Source: Desulfobacterales bacterium (GTDB lineage Bacteria > Desulfobacterota > Desulfobacteria > Desulfobacterales > UBA2245). Taken from it: DNA of 64,000 nucleotides. The notes under the pieces were generated by a model. It saw only the letters and a program-made list of their open reading frames with translations. It was not told the origin of the DNA and did not search any database. This document shows positions 46,926-55,903 of this stretch, piece by piece. The DNA is taken from assembly GCA_040771865.1 (NCBI GenBank), contig JAXGZF010000004.1, positions 289,916 through 353,915 on the forward strand, in the 5' to 3' direction. How positions within the stretch are numbered: position 1 is the stretch's first letter; each line of letters opens with the position of its first letter. The position numbers and the translations under genes were made by a program.

Positions 46926-46945
46926 ATATGTTACGAATAACATAT
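46926..46945. promoter_or_regulatory. Perfect palindrome ATATGTTA-CGAA-TAACATAT upstream of fdhA copy 2 (candidate operator)
   Basis: Read from the sequence; the 8-bp arms are perfectly complementary. It lies about 250 nt upstream of the fdhA2 start, and a counterpart sits at 41575-41594. Confidence 0.35.
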
Positions 46946-47099
46946 ATCGGGGCGGCTGGCAGAACAATATGTGCTTTCGGAAAATAATTTGACATCAGTT
47001 AAGCAATATGTCATTTATGACATAAATAAAAAACAACTTCCGCTCTTGGAAAGCTGAATATCGAAATGAAGGACCCGCATCTTCAGAAAGGAGGCGACG

Positions 47100-47438
47100 A
47101 TGCATATGATCCGGCAGGACAAAATAAGAGCGACGGACATCGGAGTCGCGGCGTCTATTATAGGGCGTCTGGGTTTTGATATGAAGCCGGCCGCGGCTTA
47201 TGCATCGAGCCTTAAATTCCAGGGTGTCCGGGAGATGAGCTGCATCTGCCCGCTTTGCTCCGCTGGCTGTCGCTGTATTGCCCACGTGCAAGGCGGTGAG
47301 GTTGTCCGAACCGAAGGCGCCGGTGATCTGGTCAGAAACGGTGATCCGGTCAGAAACAGCGAATGCGCTCTGCGCTCAAAAGGCGCCGCCATGCTGCCGG
47401 TGATCGCGGCGGAACTGAACATCCTTGACGGGAAATAA
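47100..47438 (+). pseudogene. Degenerate N-terminal fragment of a third fdhA (Tat-signal and 4Fe-4S domain region only)
   Basis: The 112-aa ORF aligns with the first ~95 residues of FdhA. LGFDMKPAAAYASSLKFQGVREMSCICPLCSAGCRCIAHVQGGEVVRTEG matches LGFGLGPAKAYAKELKIKGAKEVISICPFCSVCCHYIAHVRDGKVVSTEG. The twin-arginine motif is lost (IRQDKIRA). The LCAKG Cys position is Arg. An 18-bp tandem duplication is present and the frame ends soon after. A strong RBS (AAAGGAGG) is retained. Confidence 0.55.
47322..47357 (+). repeat. 18-bp tandem direct repeat inside the fdhA fragment
   Basis: GGTGATCTGGTCAGAAAC / GGTGATCCGGTCAGAAAC differ at one position and encode GDLVRN-GDPVRN. The intact paralogs have a single unit at this place. 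Confidence 0.9.
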
Positions 47439-47800
47439 GTTCCGGTCCGAAAATGATCATGAGAACAGGTCGGCCTTGAAAATGCAAGAATCCGTGCAGT
47501 GGAGCCCGCCCGTATTATGATAAAAAATTTCGGAACGTCCACAGGAATGACTCCCCGCCAGCTGCTTTCGATCTGTCAAGATTTCAGAACGTCCCTCTCT
47601 TGCGACCTCATAGAGTTTGAAAAACATTTTTGTTTATGCTAATTTGAACATAATTTTATTCGCTGCCTTTTTGAACTCAGGTTGAGCGCGGCATTCAAGA
47701 AAACAGCCAGGCTTTGGCCGGCGCTCGACAGCGGGCATGTTTGAATTGCCGAATTTATGTGCTCGATTAATCGAATGATTCCGTTAACAGAGGGCCGTAA

Positions 47801-48181
47801 ATGAAAAATATCGATACTACGATGCGGATCCGTTTGTGGTTTGAGACCGACAGGCAGATGCTGTTCGGCCTGGGCCGGGTTCTGCTGTTGAAAAAGGTCG
47901 ATGAGTGCGGATCGCTTTACAGGGCGGCAAAGGAAATGGGGATGTCCTACCGGGCCGCCTGGGGAAAAATCAAGGCCACCGAAAACGAACTCGGCGTCGA
48001 ACTGCTCACGAAAGCTCCAGGTGAAAAGCGGTACCGCCTGTCCGAAAACGGCCAGCTGCTGCTCGATAGTTTTGATCGGTGGTGCCGCGACATCGAGGAG
48101 ATGGCGCTTCAAAAGGCCCGGAATATCTTCCCCTGGCAAATCCGAAAGTATGACGCAAAGGAAATCAATAACGCCCCCTGA
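47801..48181 (+). CDS. ModE N-terminal-domain-only winged-helix regulator, paralog 2
   Basis: MRIRLWFETDRQMLFGLGRVLLLKKVDECGSLYRAAKEMGMSYRAAWGKIKATE is clearly paralogous to 36876..37295. The 126-aa ORF has no Mop/TOBE domain. Confidence 0.7.
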   Translation: MKNIDTTMRIRLWFETDRQMLFGLGRVLLLKKVDECGSLYRAAKEMGMSYRAAWGKIKATENELGVELLTKAPGEKRYRLSENGQLLLDSFDRWCRDIEEMALQKARNIFPWQIRKYDAKEINNAP

Positions 48182-48501
48182 GAAGCCGCGTGTGCGAACT
48201 TTCCACTTTTATATGGGCAAAGTCGGCCCTAGCATTGAGGGTGGTTGAGGTTCCGGGATAAAGCGCAAACCATCGATGCCTGTGGTTTTATACCGTAAAT
48301 TTGTTTGTTCTGCTTGAAGTGCCCGCCAGAAATCCGGAAACCCTTACCGGTTCATCCTCTGTATGGTGGTTTGAAAAAAATCTGGCCTTCTGAAGACGGC
48401 AACGTTATTCTGAAAGCATCGAACCATATCCTGATTTTCATCCTGTCCATTCCAGACGCTTTTGATTGATTGACGCTCTTTTTCCGCGAAGGAGCCGTTT
48501 G

Positions 48502-49236
48502 ATGAAAAAAGCTCCATTTTTTGTCTTTGCGCTTCTTTTGATCGGGCTTCCTGTGCCTTACGCGTCGGACGACGAAGCCGGATACCTGAAAGCCAGAGAG
48601 AATATGGTCCGGATCCAGATCGAGGCCCGGGGAATTTCCGACGCCAGGGTGCTCAAAGCCATGCGGGAGGTACCCCGTCATCTCTTTGTGCCGGCTCAAC
48701 TCAGGGGCAGGGCCTATTCCGACTCCCCGCTTCCCATCGGAGGCGGTCAGACGATCTCCCAGCCCTATATCGTGGCCCTGATGACGGAAAGCCTCGGTCT
48801 GAAAGGCGATGAACGGGTTCTTGAAATCGGAACCGGTTCAGGCTACCAGGCCGCGGTTCTCGCTCGAATCGTAAAAGCGGTTTATTCCATCGAGATTCGA
48901 AAAGACCTTTACGAAAACGCTTCGCAAACCCTTGAGTCCCTGAATTTCACAGGCATCCAGACCCGCCATGGGGACGGCTACTTCGGCTGGAAGGAGGCGG
49001 CCCCGTATGACGCCATCATGATCACGGCGGCCGTGGATCACATTCCCCCGCCGCTTTTGGGCCAGCTCAAGGAAAACGGAAAGCTGATTCTGCCGCTGGG
49101 AAATCCCTTCAGCTATCAGAACCTTGCTCTGGTCACCCGGAAGGGAGAGAACTATTCGATTCGGCAGATCACCGGCGTGCTGTTTGTGCCAATGACCGGG
49201 CGCGCATCTGATCCGGACGCGGGCAGGAAGCGATGA
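48502..49236 (+). CDS. pcm: Protein-L-isoaspartate O-methyltransferase with N-terminal signal/anchor sequence
   Basis: The start at 48502 (RBS AAGGAG) gives [24 protein letters not shown]. The PIMT blocks [23 protein letters not shown] and the SAM motif [15 protein letters not shown] follow. Confidence 0.85.
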   Translation: MKKAPFFVFALLLIGLPVPYASDDEAGYLKARENMVRIQIEARGISDARVLKAMREVPRHLFVPAQLRGRAYSDSPLPIGGGQTISQPYIVALMTESLGLKGDERVLEIGTGSGYQAAVLARIVKAVYSIEIRKDLYENASQTLESLNFTGIQTRHGDGYFGWKEAAPYDAIMITAAVDHIPPPLLGQLKENGKLILPLGNPFSYQNLALVTRKGENYSIRQITGVLFVPMTGRASDPDAGRKR

Positions 49237-51650
49237 TTCTGGCGGCCGTATTTCTCCTGTCCGCATCCTCCCTCGCGTTCGAGGTTCTGCTGACCCGGAT
49301 ATTTTCCATTTCCCAGTGGAATCATCTTTCCTTCATGGTCATCAGCATCGCCCTGTTCGGATTTGCTGCAAGCGGAACCTTTCTCGGCATTCTGAATGCG
49401 CGGAAACAAGGATGGGAAAAACACCTTTCCTCGGATCATTCGCACAAGATCCTGTCGCTGCTTTACAGCCTGACGGCGATCCTTTCCTATATCGTCCTGA
49501 ACCGGATGCCGCTGGACTATTTCCGCCTTGCCCTTGAACCCGTTCAGGCGCTGTATCTTCTTTCCGCCTATCTGATTCTGTGTCTTCCTTTTTTTCTGGC
49601 CGGCCTGATCGTATCTCTGGCCTATGTTCTGATGCCGGATAAAACCGGCCGCACATATCTTGCCACCATGACCGGTTCGGCCGTCGGCGCATTTGCGCCA
49701 TTTATCCTGGTTCCTTTTTGCGGAGAAGGGCCTTTGATGGTTCTGGTTTCCCTGATTCCCCTGGTGATTCTGCCGTTTTCCGGCCGGGGCTTGAAATTCC
49801 GCCCTCCCCATAATCGTCATTTCGGAAAACCGTATTTCATGATGCTGCTGGTCGGAATCGGATGGACGCTGACGGCGGTTTTCTTCATGTTTCACGACAA
49901 CGGCGCGATGATTCACGTCCGGCCCTCGGCTTACAAGTCCCTGAGCCAGATGCTGAAGTATCCCGATACGCACATTACCGAAACAGCCTTCAGCCTGAAG
50001 GGGAGAATCGACCAGGTGACAAGCCCGTATGTGCGTTTTGCGCCCGGGTTGAGCCTCAAATACACCGAAAAGCTGCCCGATCAGTGGGTCGCTTTCAAGG
50101 ACGCCGATGATCCGTTCGTCTTTTTCGATTCAGATCAGGTCCGGAAAACCCGTTTCGTCGCCGGTACGCTTTCCTTTGCCGGCTATCATCTGATGCCGAA
50201 TGCCGAAAAGACGCTGATCATTCAAAGCGGCGGCGGATCGGCGATTGCCTGCGCCATCGCCTCCGGCGTGCGGAACATCCAGGTGGTCGAAAACAATCCC
50301 CATATTGCCGAGCTGATCCGCCGTCATTACGGACTTGCGGTGATCGACGGGAATTCAAAAACCTTTTTCAGGCATACGGACAAGAAATTCGACGTGATTC
50401 ATATTGAAAACTGGGGCCCGTCCATTCCTGGAACCGCGGCACTGAACCAGAACCATCTCTTTACCGTCGGCTCCCTCAAATCCTGCCTGGAACATCTTTC
50501 TTCCCAAGGGGTTCTGATTGTATCCCGAAAGCTGCTGCTGCCGCCGGCGGACAGCCTGCGTCTGTGGAGTAGTGCATATGAAAGCCTGAAGATGATGAAT
50601 GCCGCAAATCCCGGCCAGCACATCGCCATGCTGAGAAACTGGGATACCTTTACCCTGATCGTTTCCCTGTTTCCACTGGGCCCGCGTGCTGAAAAATTAG
50701 AGGATTTTGCGCGGCAATGGAATTTTGACCTGGTTTATCTGCCCGTTCTTTCCGAAGCATTGGCAAACCGGTACAGCATGTTCGACCAGCCGTTTCATTT
50801 CCTTGAAATCAACCGGCTTGCCAGGGCCTATGAAACCGGAGAACAGAATGGGTATTTCACCGAATACTTTCTGGACGTGAAACCGCAGACCGACGACCGG
50901 CCCTTTCCCAGCCGGTTTTTGAAATGGTCCGGATTTAAAAAAAGCTACCAGGTTTCCGGAAGCAGGTTCTACCCGCTGTTTTTGTCCGGCGAGATCGTGG
51001 TCTGGGTCGTCTTTATCGAGGCCCTTGTCGTCTCCGCCGTGCTGATGTTGCTGCCGCTTCTGGCGATACCCGCCAAAGAACGAAGCCTTCCTGCTAGCAG
51101 TTCGATCTTTTTTCTGTCCGTGGGCGCGGGCTTCATGTTTGTCGAAATGTTTTTCATCAAGGTCTATACTCTGCTTTTCGCTGATCCCGTGATCAGCTTT
51201 ACGATCGTCATCACGGGCGTTCTGGTCTATTCCGGCGTGGGCGGCTATTTTTCAGAACGCATCGATATGCCTCGCCTGCGCTATGGGCTGGCGGGACTGA
51301 TTGCCTGCCTGGTTATCGGGTATTTTTCGGTTTACGCCTTTGTGGACAGGCTTTTTGCGCTTTCCCTGGCGGCGCAGTATGCATGGGCTTTTGTTATGCT
51401 GATTCCCCCGGGCCTGTTGATGGGCCTGCCCTTTCCCGTCGCCATGCGGCGCGGTCTGAAGACCCCTTTTCAGCGGGCTTATGCGTGGGCGGCCAACGGG
51501 TGCGCCTCGGTGCTGGCCTCGATTGTCTCGGTTCAGATCGCCCTGAATTTTGGAATATTGACCATCATGCTGGCCGCGGCATGTTCCTATGCGATTTCCT
51601 GGATCAGCGCAAAAGGACCGGTCAAGGCAACCGGCCGAAAGGACGAATGA
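49233..51650 (+). CDS. Large polytopic membrane protein with central spermidine-synthase/class-I-methyltransferase-like domain
   Basis: 805-aa ORF with many hydrophobic helices at both ends. The central soluble region contains [19 protein letters not shown]...VVENNP...FDVIHIENW, a Rossmann SAM-fold-like pattern. Its start overlaps the pcm stop (ATGA). Confidence 0.55.
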   Translation: MILAAVFLLSASSLAFEVLLTRIFSISQWNHLSFMVISIALFGFAASGTFLGILNARKQGWEKHLSSDHSHKILSLLYSLTAILSYIVLNRMPLDYFRLALEPVQALYLLSAYLILCLPFFLAGLIVSLAYVLMPDKTGRTYLATMTGSAVGAFAPFILVPFCGEGPLMVLVSLIPLVILPFSGRGLKFRPPHNRHFGKPYFMMLLVGIGWTLTAVFFMFHDNGAMIHVRPSAYKSLSQMLKYPDTHITETAFSLKGRIDQVTSPYVRFAPGLSLKYTEKLPDQWVAFKDADDPFVFFDSDQVRKTRFVAGTLSFAGYHLMPNAEKTLIIQSGGGSAIACAIASGVRNIQVVENNPHIAELIRRHYGLAVIDGNSKTFFRHTDKKFDVIHIENWGPSIPGTAALNQNHLFTVGSLKSCLEHLSSQGVLIVSRKLLLPPADSLRLWSSAYESLKMMNAANPGQHIAMLRNWDTFTLIVSLFPLGPRAEKLEDFARQWNFDLVYLPVLSEALANRYSMFDQPFHFLEINRLARAYETGEQNGYFTEYFLDVKPQTDDRPFPSRFLKWSGFKKSYQVSGSRFYPLFLSGEIVVWVVFIEALVVSAVLMLLPLLAIPAKERSLPASSSIFFLSVGAGFMFVEMFFIKVYTLLFADPVISFTIVITGVLVYSGVGGYFSERIDMPRLRYGLAGLIACLVIGYFSVYAFVDRLFALSLAAQYAWAFVMLIPPGLLMGLPFPVAMRRGLKTPFQRAYAWAANGCASVLASIVSVQIALNFGILTIMLAAACSYAISWISAKGPVKATGRKDE

Positions 51651-51857
51651 CCCGTAAAGGGCTGATTTTGTCCGGTCCTGCATATGATGTTGGCAATGCC
51701 GCAGGGTTTATGATATTGGGCGGCGAGCGGCTGAGTAATTCGGAATGTTTCCCGCAGGCAACAGCATTGCCGAATGCGCCGGTTAAGACCGACGGAAGAA
51801 CCTTTGCCGCGGCATGCCTGAATTGAACGGATGCTTGAAACGAAAGGCGGTTTCACC

Positions 51858-54356
51858 ATGTTTTTAAGGCGTCATGAAAAGACGGCCATCATCTGGAAAG
51901 ATCAACGTATCAGCTATGATGAGCTTCTGGGGCGTATTGATTTTTTTGCCGATGCGTTTTCCTCGAAAAATTACCGGAAGGCGGCGATTTTTTCCGAAAA
52001 CAGGCCGGAGTGGGCCTATGCGTTTTATGCGGCATGGCGCAACGGCTGCATTGCGGTGCCTGTTGATTTCATGAGCACGGCGGAGGATCTGGCCTATATT
52101 CTCGAAGACTGCCGGCCGGAACTGATCTTCTGCTCTAGCGGAACCCGCCCCGTGCTGGAAGCGGTCTGCGGTAAAATTCCATATGATATCGATATCCGCG
52201 TTTTTGAGGACATGAAGCAACCCGCTGAAATACAATCAGGAAACACGTTTCCGGAATTCGACTCGAAGGAAACCGCCGCGATCATCTATACCTCCGGCAC
52301 CACGGGAAGCCCCAAGGGCGTGATGCTCTCTTATGACAACCTGCTTGCCAATATTGAATCCGTATCCGAGGAGGTCAGGATATTCACTCCCGGCGACAGG
52401 GTCATGGTCCTGCTGCCGCTGAACCATATTTTCCCCCTGCTCGGCTCCCTGATTCTGCCCCTGTATGTGGGGGGAACCTCCGTGTTCTGTCCTTCCATGG
52501 CTTCCGAAGACCTGATGGATACTCTGCAGCGGCACGGCATCACGATTATCATCGGCGTGCCCAGGCTCTACAACCTCATTCGAAAATCCATCAAGGGCAA
52601 GATTCAGGCAAGCCTTTTGGCAAGGGGGCTGTTCGCCCTCGCCGGAGCAATCGGATCTTTTCGTTTTTCAAGAATTCTGTTTAAAAAGGTTCACGAGAAA
52701 CTGGGCGGACAGATCCGGTTTCTGGTCAGCGGTGGTGCGAAACTCGACGAGGAGGTGGGCCGGGATCTGAAAACGCTGGGTTTTGAAGTGCTCGAAGGGT
52801 TCGGCATGACCGAGGCGGCGCCCATGATCTCCTTTACCCGTCCCGGAGAGGTTCTGGTCGGTTCTGCGGGAAGGCCCATGACGTGCAACGAGGTGAAAAT
52901 CGCGGACGGGGAGATACTGGCAAAGGGCCGCAACATCATGCAGGGCTATTACAACCGGCCTGAAGAGACCCTTGCGGTTGTAAAAGACGGATGGCTTCAC
53001 ACCGGAGACCTGGGCTATCTGGACGGTATGGGGTTGATTCATATTACCGGAAGAAAAAAAGAGATCATCGTGCTTCCCAACGGTAAAAACATCAATCCCG
53101 TGGAGATCGAAGGCAGAATAGTGGCCATGTCCGAGTGCATCGCCGAGGTTGGCGTGTATTTCAGCGATAATATGCTTCAGGCCGTGGTGCTGCCGGATTT
53201 CAGAAAGGTCAGGGAACTGGGGATTTCGAACCTGAATGAAACCCTGAGACAGGAGGTGTTTGATCCCTACAACCGGTCCGAGGCGCCCTACCGGCGGATC
53301 ATGCGGTATCATGTTCTGACCGGGGATCTTCCGAAAACCCGGCTGGGCAAGATCAAGCGCTTCATGCTGTCGTCTCTGGCCGGCGATGCTTCCCGCGGCA
53401 GGGATAAGGGAAAGGAACCGGATTTCGAGGAATACGCCGCAATTCGGGATTTCCTTCGGGAACAGACGGAAAAGGACATATTCCCCGAAGACCATTTCGA
53501 AATCGATCTGGGGCTGGATTCTCTCGATCGGGTCGGCCTACAGGCCTTTCTTCAGGCCAGTTTCGGCATCGAGGTGGGGGAGGAGGACCTTCTGAATCAC
53601 CCGACCGTAAAGAAGCTCTCGCTCTACATTCGGGAAAAGAAGAAAAAGATCAGCGTTTCGGTGGTTCAATGGGCCGAGATATTCCGGGAAAATGCGGATG
53701 TCATTCTTCCCCGAAGCTGGCCAGCGCACAATTTCATCAAAAATTTTGCACGATACGTACTGGGGTCATACTTCAGACTCAGGGTCAAAGGCCTTGAAAA
53801 ACTGCCCAAAGAACCCTTTATCGTTGCGTCGAACCACCAGAGTTTTCTGGACGGGTTGTTTGTAATTTCGTTTCTCAAGAACAGCCTGAACAAAAACACT
53901 TATTTCTATGCCAAACAAAGGCACGTTCAGAAAAACTGGCTAAAGTTTCTGGCGAACCGGAACAACGTGATCGTAATGGACATCAACAAGGACCTGAAGG
54001 CCTCTCTGCAGAAGCTTGCCGAGGTGCTCAGGCAGGGCAAGAACATGATCATATTTCCCGAGGGAACCCGGACGAGAGACGGCCGGATTGGCAGTTTTAA
54101 AAAAACCTTTGCCATTCTGAGCCGCGAGCTCAAGGTCCCGGTGATTCCTGTGGCGATACAGGGCGCCTTTGAGGCGCTTCCGGCCGGCAGCGTTTTTCCG
54201 AGACCGTTTCGGAAGATTCAGGTCAGCTTTCTGGATGCGATCTATCCGGATGGCCATACCTATGATTCGCTCAATGAACAGGTGTTTCAGAAAATTTCGT
54301 CGGAACTGGCGTCACTGGCCGGTCAATCCATAGCCGCGACGCCGCAACATCATTGA
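51858..54356 (+). CDS. Tri-domain acyl-activating enzyme: AMP-dependent ligase + phosphopantetheine carrier domain + lysophospholipid (PlsC-type) acyltransferase
   Basis: The AMP-binding motifs are YTSGTTGSPKGV, GDLGYLD..GRKKEIIV and KIKRF. The carrier motif is LGLDSLDRV. The acyltransferase motifs are NHQSFLDG (HX4D) and FPEGTRT. Confidence 0.8.
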   Translation: MFLRRHEKTAIIWKDQRISYDELLGRIDFFADAFSSKNYRKAAIFSENRPEWAYAFYAAWRNGCIAVPVDFMSTAEDLAYILEDCRPELIFCSSGTRPVLEAVCGKIPYDIDIRVFEDMKQPAEIQSGNTFPEFDSKETAAIIYTSGTTGSPKGVMLSYDNLLANIESVSEEVRIFTPGDRVMVLLPLNHIFPLLGSLILPLYVGGTSVFCPSMASEDLMDTLQRHGITIIIGVPRLYNLIRKSIKGKIQASLLARGLFALAGAIGSFRFSRILFKKVHEKLGGQIRFLVSGGAKLDEEVGRDLKTLGFEVLEGFGMTEAAPMISFTRPGEVLVGSAGRPMTCNEVKIADGEILAKGRNIMQGYYNRPEETLAVVKDGWLHTGDLGYLDGMGLIHITGRKKEIIVLPNGKNINPVEIEGRIVAMSECIAEVGVYFSDNMLQAVVLPDFRKVRELGISNLNETLRQEVFDPYNRSEAPYRRIMRYHVLTGDLPKTRLGKIKRFMLSSLAGDASRGRDKGKEPDFEEYAAIRDFLREQTEKDIFPEDHFEIDLGLDSLDRVGLQAFLQASFGIEVGEEDLLNHPTVKKLSLYIREKKKKISVSVVQWAEIFRENADVILPRSWPAHNFIKNFARYVLGSYFRLRVKGLEKLPKEPFIVASNHQSFLDGLFVISFLKNSLNKNTYFYAKQRHVQKNWLKFLANRNNVIVMDINKDLKASLQKLAEVLRQGKNMIIFPEGTRTRDGRIGSFKKTFAILSRELKVPVIPVAIQGAFEALPAGSVFPRPFRKIQVSFLDAIYPDGHTYDSLNEQVFQKISSELASLAGQSIAATPQHH

Positions 54357-54493
54357 CAATTTGCGGCGGCTGCCTTAAAAACCGATTGTCGGGTGGCGGT
54401 CAGACCGCTTCGGACGGCGCTCAAAGGTTGTCCGCCGGTGAAAAGACATATAAAAGCCGTTCATCCGGATTTGAATCAGAAAGGAGACCGATT

Positions 54494-54994
54494 TTGGTAA
54501 GATTAGAAACCAGCATGGGTGAAATTTTTCTAGAGCTTTACGAGGACAAGGCCCCCAAAACCGTGGCCAACTTTCTGGACTACGTGAATCAGGGCCATTA
54601 CGACGGTACGATTTTTCACCGGGTCATCGACGGATTCATGATTCAGGGCGGCGGGCATACCGCCGACATGAAGGAGAAACCCACCGGAAGCTCCATTGAA
54701 AACGAGGCGGACAACGGACTTAAAAACGAGGCCTATACCGTGGCCATGGCCCGCACCATGGCCCCTCACAGCGCAACGGCCCAGTTTTTCATCAATGTGA
54801 AGAACAACGCCTTTCTCAATCACACCGCAAAAACCGACAAGGGCTGGGGGTATGCGGTTTTCGGCAAGGTGGTCAAGGGACACGGCGTGGTGAACAAGAT
54901 CAAGGGCGTGCCTACCGGAAAGTCGGGAATGATGGCCGACGTGCCCAGGGAACCTGTCGTGATTATCAAGGCCGAGGTGGTGGCGGAACCCTAG
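54494..54994 (+). CDS. ppiB: Peptidyl-prolyl cis-trans isomerase (cyclophilin type)
   Basis: The TTG start at 54494 lies 7 nt after AAGGAG. (M)VRLETSMGEIFLELYEDKAPKTVANFLDY...FHRVIDGFMIQGGG is canonical cyclophilin sequence. The longer ORF from 54353 has no support. Confidence 0.88.
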   Translation: MVRLETSMGEIFLELYEDKAPKTVANFLDYVNQGHYDGTIFHRVIDGFMIQGGGHTADMKEKPTGSSIENEADNGLKNEAYTVAMARTMAPHSATAQFFINVKNNAFLNHTAKTDKGWGYAVFGKVVKGHGVVNKIKGVPTGKSGMMADVPREPVVIIKAEVVAEP

Positions 54995-55009
54995 CGCCTT
55001 TTATTTTTT

Positions 55010-55039
55010 GCCGTCCGTATTTTCTGAAATGCGGACGGC
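55010..55039. terminator. Hairpin between convergent ppiB and the Fe-S protein gene
   Basis: GCCGTCCG-(14 nt)-CGGACGGC forms an 8-bp stem. A T-run lies on the 5' side and GGTTCTTTC on the 3' side, so terminator features are weak. Confidence 0.35.
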
Positions 55040-55068
55040 GGTTCTTTCGGAAACCGGTCCGGTTTCCA

Positions 55069-55824
55069 TTAATCCGTCGCGCCTTCGTCCGACACAACCC
55101 TTCCCCTTGCGCTGATCCTTATCTCCCGCATGGGAATCCGGGTTTCGGCCAGGGCCATCGCCTTTTTCAGAATAACCGGAAGGCCCGAACAGCAGGGGAC
55201 TTCCATGAAAACTGCCGTGATGCTTCTAATGCCGGCGGTCTTGAAGATTTCGGCGAACTTTACAATGTAATCCTGGGCCGAATCAAACTTGGGGCATCCC
55301 ATCAGAACGGCCCTGCCAGGAAGCAGATCCCGGTGAAGATGGGCGTAAGCCACCGCGCTGCAGTCCGCCAGAACCAGAAGATCCGCTCCCTTTAAAAACA
55401 AAGCGCCGGCAGGCGCCAGCCGAATTTGAATCGGCCAGTGGGAAAGTGCGGATTCTTCTTGCGCATTTGAAAGGTTTCGGGCCACGCTGGCCGAGCGGCA
55501 GGCGTTCGGCCCGTCAAAAATTTGAATGTGCGTCGAAGGGCATCCGCAGGCCATGGTTTTTTCAGCGGGTATCTCGGATTTCGGAGCAAGATGAAGTTTT
55601 ACGGCTTCTTCGTCAAATGCTTCGACCTCTCTATTCACGACCCGGAGCGCGCCGGTGGGGCAGTGGCCGATGCAAGCGCCCAGTCCGTCGCAGTATCGCT
55701 CGGAAACCAGACGGGCCTTTCCGTCGATGATTTTCAGGGCGTCCTCCTTGCATCCGGGAACGCACTGGCCGCATCCATCACACAGATTTTCATCGATTTC
55801 GATGATTTTTCGCAAAACTTTCAT
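55069..55824 (-). CDS. 4Fe-4S dicluster domain protein (FrdX-like ferredoxin-type protein)
   Basis: 251-aa ORF. The N-terminal CDGCGQCVPGC...CDGLGACIGHCP contains two ferredoxin-type clusters. The C-terminal domain has further Cys residues (CPKF..., VPCCSG). The gene is divergent from a CRP/FNR regulator. Confidence 0.7.
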   Translation of the reverse strand: MKVLRKIIEIDENLCDGCGQCVPGCKEDALKIIDGKARLVSERYCDGLGACIGHCPTGALRVVNREVEAFDEEAVKLHLAPKSEIPAEKTMACGCPSTHIQIFDGPNACRSASVARNLSNAQEESALSHWPIQIRLAPAGALFLKGADLLVLADCSAVAYAHLHRDLLPGRAVLMGCPKFDSAQDYIVKFAEIFKTAGIRSITAVFMEVPCCSGLPVILKKAMALAETRIPMREIRISARGRVVSDEGATD

Positions 55825-55903
55825 GATGCCTCCTTTATATTAATACGGGCCGATGGTATTTTGAGTCTTGATTCATATCTACTGCATTCAAATCGTTGTT
55901 GCC

